DNA of 63,966 bases, filler included, from Atractiella rhizophila (lineage: Eukaryota): the NCBI GenBank assembly GCA_021432655.1. It is 4 parts of 4 records of this genome, joined end to end, with 100 filler letters (N's around TTAATTAATTAA, not from the genome) between each part and the next. Parts side by side here need not be neighbours in the genome. Positions count along the whole stretch, not along the records: positions 48,295 to 61,408 come from MU271788.1; positions 61,509 to 63,966 come from MU271855.1; 2 more parts are not named here. The stretch is one strand, 5' to 3'. Position numbers and translations under genes: made by a program. This document shows, piece by piece, positions 60,870-63,966 of this stretch (position 1 is the stretch's first letter; each line of letters begins with the position of its first letter). Under the pieces are notes generated by a model. That model did not search any database. It was not told the origin of the DNA and saw only the letters and a list, made by a program, of their open reading frames with translations.

Positions 60870-61408
60870 TTTGAACTCGATTGTCGTTTGCCACAATATA
60901 GCCGGAACCGACGGGCGGAAACCAATTTCAACTGCAATGTTCATATGTTGGGGGATCAAGGAGGCATTGCACAGTTGCACATCTGGATGGTTGAGGAGGG
61001 AAGGGCAGAATTGTAAAAGGTATCCACGGTGAGAAGTCAGAATTTGCGATTACCAGTATCATAATATCACAATGAAGATGTTTTCTTAGTTTTCTCAGTT
61101 TTCTTTATTACCCTTGTAACATTTGTGCAGAGCTTATCACCCATTTGATGGAGACTTTCGATAATTATGAAAAGGTGATGATTAAACGTAAAGTATGCAC
61201 TCATGCCCATTGTTCATTCTTCGGTTGTGTTGTGACTCTTCGGCTCAAGGAGTAGTAGTGGTAGTACACCTGCCAAATTCAATGAGTTAGCTGGGAGTGA
61301 CTGATCTTGTATTATATATTATACGGACAAACGTTTTTTCCTGCATAATACGCAAAAGCTTCAGAGGAAATGTCACACGACCATCAGTTACGTTATTCGC
61401 TATTCTTC

Positions 61409-61508
61409 NNNNNNNNNNNNNNNNNNNNNNNNNNNNNNNNNNNNNNNNNNNNTTAATTAATTAANNNNNNNNNNNNNNNNNNNNNNNNNNNNNNNNNNNN
61501 NNNNNNNN
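61409..61508. other. Contig-join spacer (artificial)
   Basis: N44-TTAATTAATTAA-N44. Confidence 0.97.
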
Positions 61509-61962
61509 GAGCGTATCCTGGACATCGTCCCCACAAACATTCATCAGAGGACACCTGTCTTCTTAGGGAGCAAAGAGGACGTCCAGGATTTATTGGGGTT
61601 CTATAAGGAGTGATGATGGAGTGTGTCTGCGTCCCTGTTCTTCCGGCGGAAGTTTCATGAACGGATGATGGTACTGAAATGGGACAAATAATGTATGCTA
61701 TGTATGTATACTGAACAATGTATTCGTTCAAGTGTACCACAGTCTTCATTGGTGACACCCATCCATACTCAGGCATTCCACTAATAGTGTTGATAAGTTT
61801 ATGTAATCGCAACTGGATCGCGGGAAGCAGAGCGGCCTTCCGCGACAGCCGTTATGATGACTGACTTCATCCAACGATCTCCACACATAAAAAGGAGCTC
61901 ATCTAACTCTTACAAATCATCGCCAGTTTCGCCTTCTCAGAGTTACCAAATTATTAAAAGAG

Positions 61963-62843
61963 ATGCCTGTTACTTTGCACGGATCATGTCATTGCGGTGG
62001 TCTGTCGACTCTCTCCTTCGATCGCAACGGTTTAGAGCGCTTATAATTCTACAGAGGTGAACTACACCGTCGAATCAAACACGCCTGTTCCGTATCAGAT
62101 GTGTTCCTGCTCCATTTGTCGAATGACTGGAGGGTTCATGGGCAACGTGAACATTATGGTCCGCCCCAATCTAGTTTACCATCTACAACATACATCTGAC
62201 CTCGATGTCCTCTACGAATGTGAAGGCTAACACCAATACTTTGAAGGTCACGAAAGGAGAAGACAAGATCAGGTTCGTCCTCTTCCATTCCCAGGTCATG
62301 TTTTGGCAAATGGTACCTTCAACTCTCTTGCTGATGATGTGTGTGTAGCAAATATGTTGCACACAAAGATGGCAAAAAGGTGAACAGCACGCGCAACTTC
62401 TGCTCCAACTGCTCTTCTATGCTTTGGCTGCATGATCCCAGCTGGGATGCATGGGGTAAGCACAATCTTCCTTCCTCTCGATACCTCCTCCAGAAATGTG
62501 ATCGACGTGCCTCCCAGTCTATCCTTTTGCAGCCTCGTGAGTTTCGCTCCATTCAGACAGCTCTATAACACCACTGATGCTGTCCATTCAACAGCATCGT
62601 CTCCCCCAAACTGCCAGAAGTGCCAGCGGGCGAATTCAAGGTGATCTTGAAATGCGAACCCCATTGTCCTACCTGTGTCCCTACAATTCCTAGTGAGTGT
62701 CCTTCCTTGGCTTCTTCTTCACTGCTGTTGGAAGTGGTTCAAATGCTCATATCGGTGGGATAGATTCGAAAACGTACGAAGATTACGGACCCGGCGCAGG
62801 CATCGAAGAATGGCACAAGAAGAATGGGCAGTGGGTGGAATGA
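61963..62843 (+). CDS. GFA/CENP-V family Zn-binding protein
   Basis: LHGSCHCG, TPVPYQMCSCSICR.TGG, RNFCSNCSSMLW, IEEWHKK; about six short introns. Confidence 0.88.
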
Positions 62844-63163
62844 GATGGCCGCACAGAAACAGAACCGAAGCGTTCGAGCTCGTCAAAACGGTGAATTAAT
62901 GTGGGAACTAGGAATAAGGAAGGGAACAAATTCCCTTTCAGAATGATGTTGATTTGCATTCCATTCCACCACAATATCGAATATTGAACCTTGAAATAAC
63001 GGACATGCAGACGTTCATAAAACAGCCAAATAGGGAGATGAGCAGATATCAATTGCGACTGATTACGAAATGCATTGTTCCTGAAACAAAACTTGACAGA
63101 AAAAGGATAGAACAAACCGAAAGTCGAAGACGACTAATGCGAGGCCGGTAAGGAGGAGGACGG

Positions 63164-63966
63164 CTAAGAAGATGCTACGGTGGTGGCATTGTTGCCATTC
63201 GAGTCGGAGAGTTGGCTCATGGCAGCCACCAGGATTGCCATCACTTGAATGCCACTTGTGTCCTTCGAATTCGTCACAGGAGCAGAAATATTGGAGACAT
63301 TTGTGCTTGTCGTAGGGGCAGCAAGTTGCGACGGTATGCACTTCGGTGTATCCATTGATGGGGTTGAGGATGAAGGCACTGGTTGGTCGGGAGGATTCGT
63401 GTCAACAGTCACGCCAACGGCGCTATGTGCGAAACAGTGAGCGAAATGGACTGAGAGAGAGAGGAAGTACGAACCTCTTTTCTTTGTGCAACGTCTTGAT
63501 ATGTCGTACAAGGGTAGAGTTCCTCGTGAACGTCTTTCCGCAATCGTCGATCTTGCACACATGTTTCTTCTCTCCCGAGTGCGTGTTCCGATGTCGGGCT
63601 AGGGACGAAGAGTCCGAAAAGCTACTCTTGCATCCTGGCCAGTCACATAAATGTGGTTTCTCCCCCGTATGCGTGCGATGGTGCACCGTGAGTGCCGACC
63701 GCTTTATCACAACATCGCATGGGTTACTTCGGTGGAAAGAAAGCGGAAATGAGATTGAGGGACTGACCTGCATGAACGCTTTGTCGCATCCTGTAACGGT
63801 ACACTTGAACGGCTTCTCGCCCGTATGCGACCTCATGTGCCGTTTCAGGTCTCCTGAGCGTGTGAAGACTTTGCTGCAACCCGCAAAAGTGCAGTGGAGC
63901 GGAGGATTAACCTTCTTCTTCTTCGCGCCTTTCGGTCCTCCATCCTCCACCTCTTCCTCCTCCTCC
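63164..63966 (-). CDS. C2H2 zinc-finger transcription factor (4 fingers); 5' end lies outside the window
   Basis: Four CxxxxC-x12-HxxxH fingers with TGEKP linkers; introns at ~63700-63768 and ~63423-63473. Confidence 0.93.

Overview
Intron-rich fungal genomic DNA, most likely a basidiomycete (inferred from 45-70 nt GT-AG introns, microexons and protein style). It has four assembly gaps, three of which carry an artificial TTAATTAATTAA spacer. Host genes: BCAT 3' end, an alpha/beta hydrolase, an orphan membrane protein, ATG16, a PSP1-domain protein, a secreted polyQ protein, a SWI3/RSC8-type SWIRM subunit, a Zn-dependent dehydrogenase, a DHA2-type MFS pump, RPN5, APC10, a membrane-anchored pepsin-like protein, a methyltransferase, a BTB protein, WDR70, a GFA/CENP-V protein and a C2H2 transcription factor. 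The centre (29.8-48 kb) is a tandem segmental duplication interrupted by a 10.8-kb Ty3/gypsy LTR retrotransposon (35179-45963, TSD TAGAT). Main discovery candidate: the first 448 codons of the element's gag-pol ORF are dual-coding. The +1 frame holds a ~370-390 aa gene whose only internal stops lie in frame-preserving spliceosomal-type introns. The element has also lost its 3' end and PPT and instead carries ~3 kb of host DNA, including a diverged, empty paralog of its own insertion site. All calls were made by eye; no searches were run.
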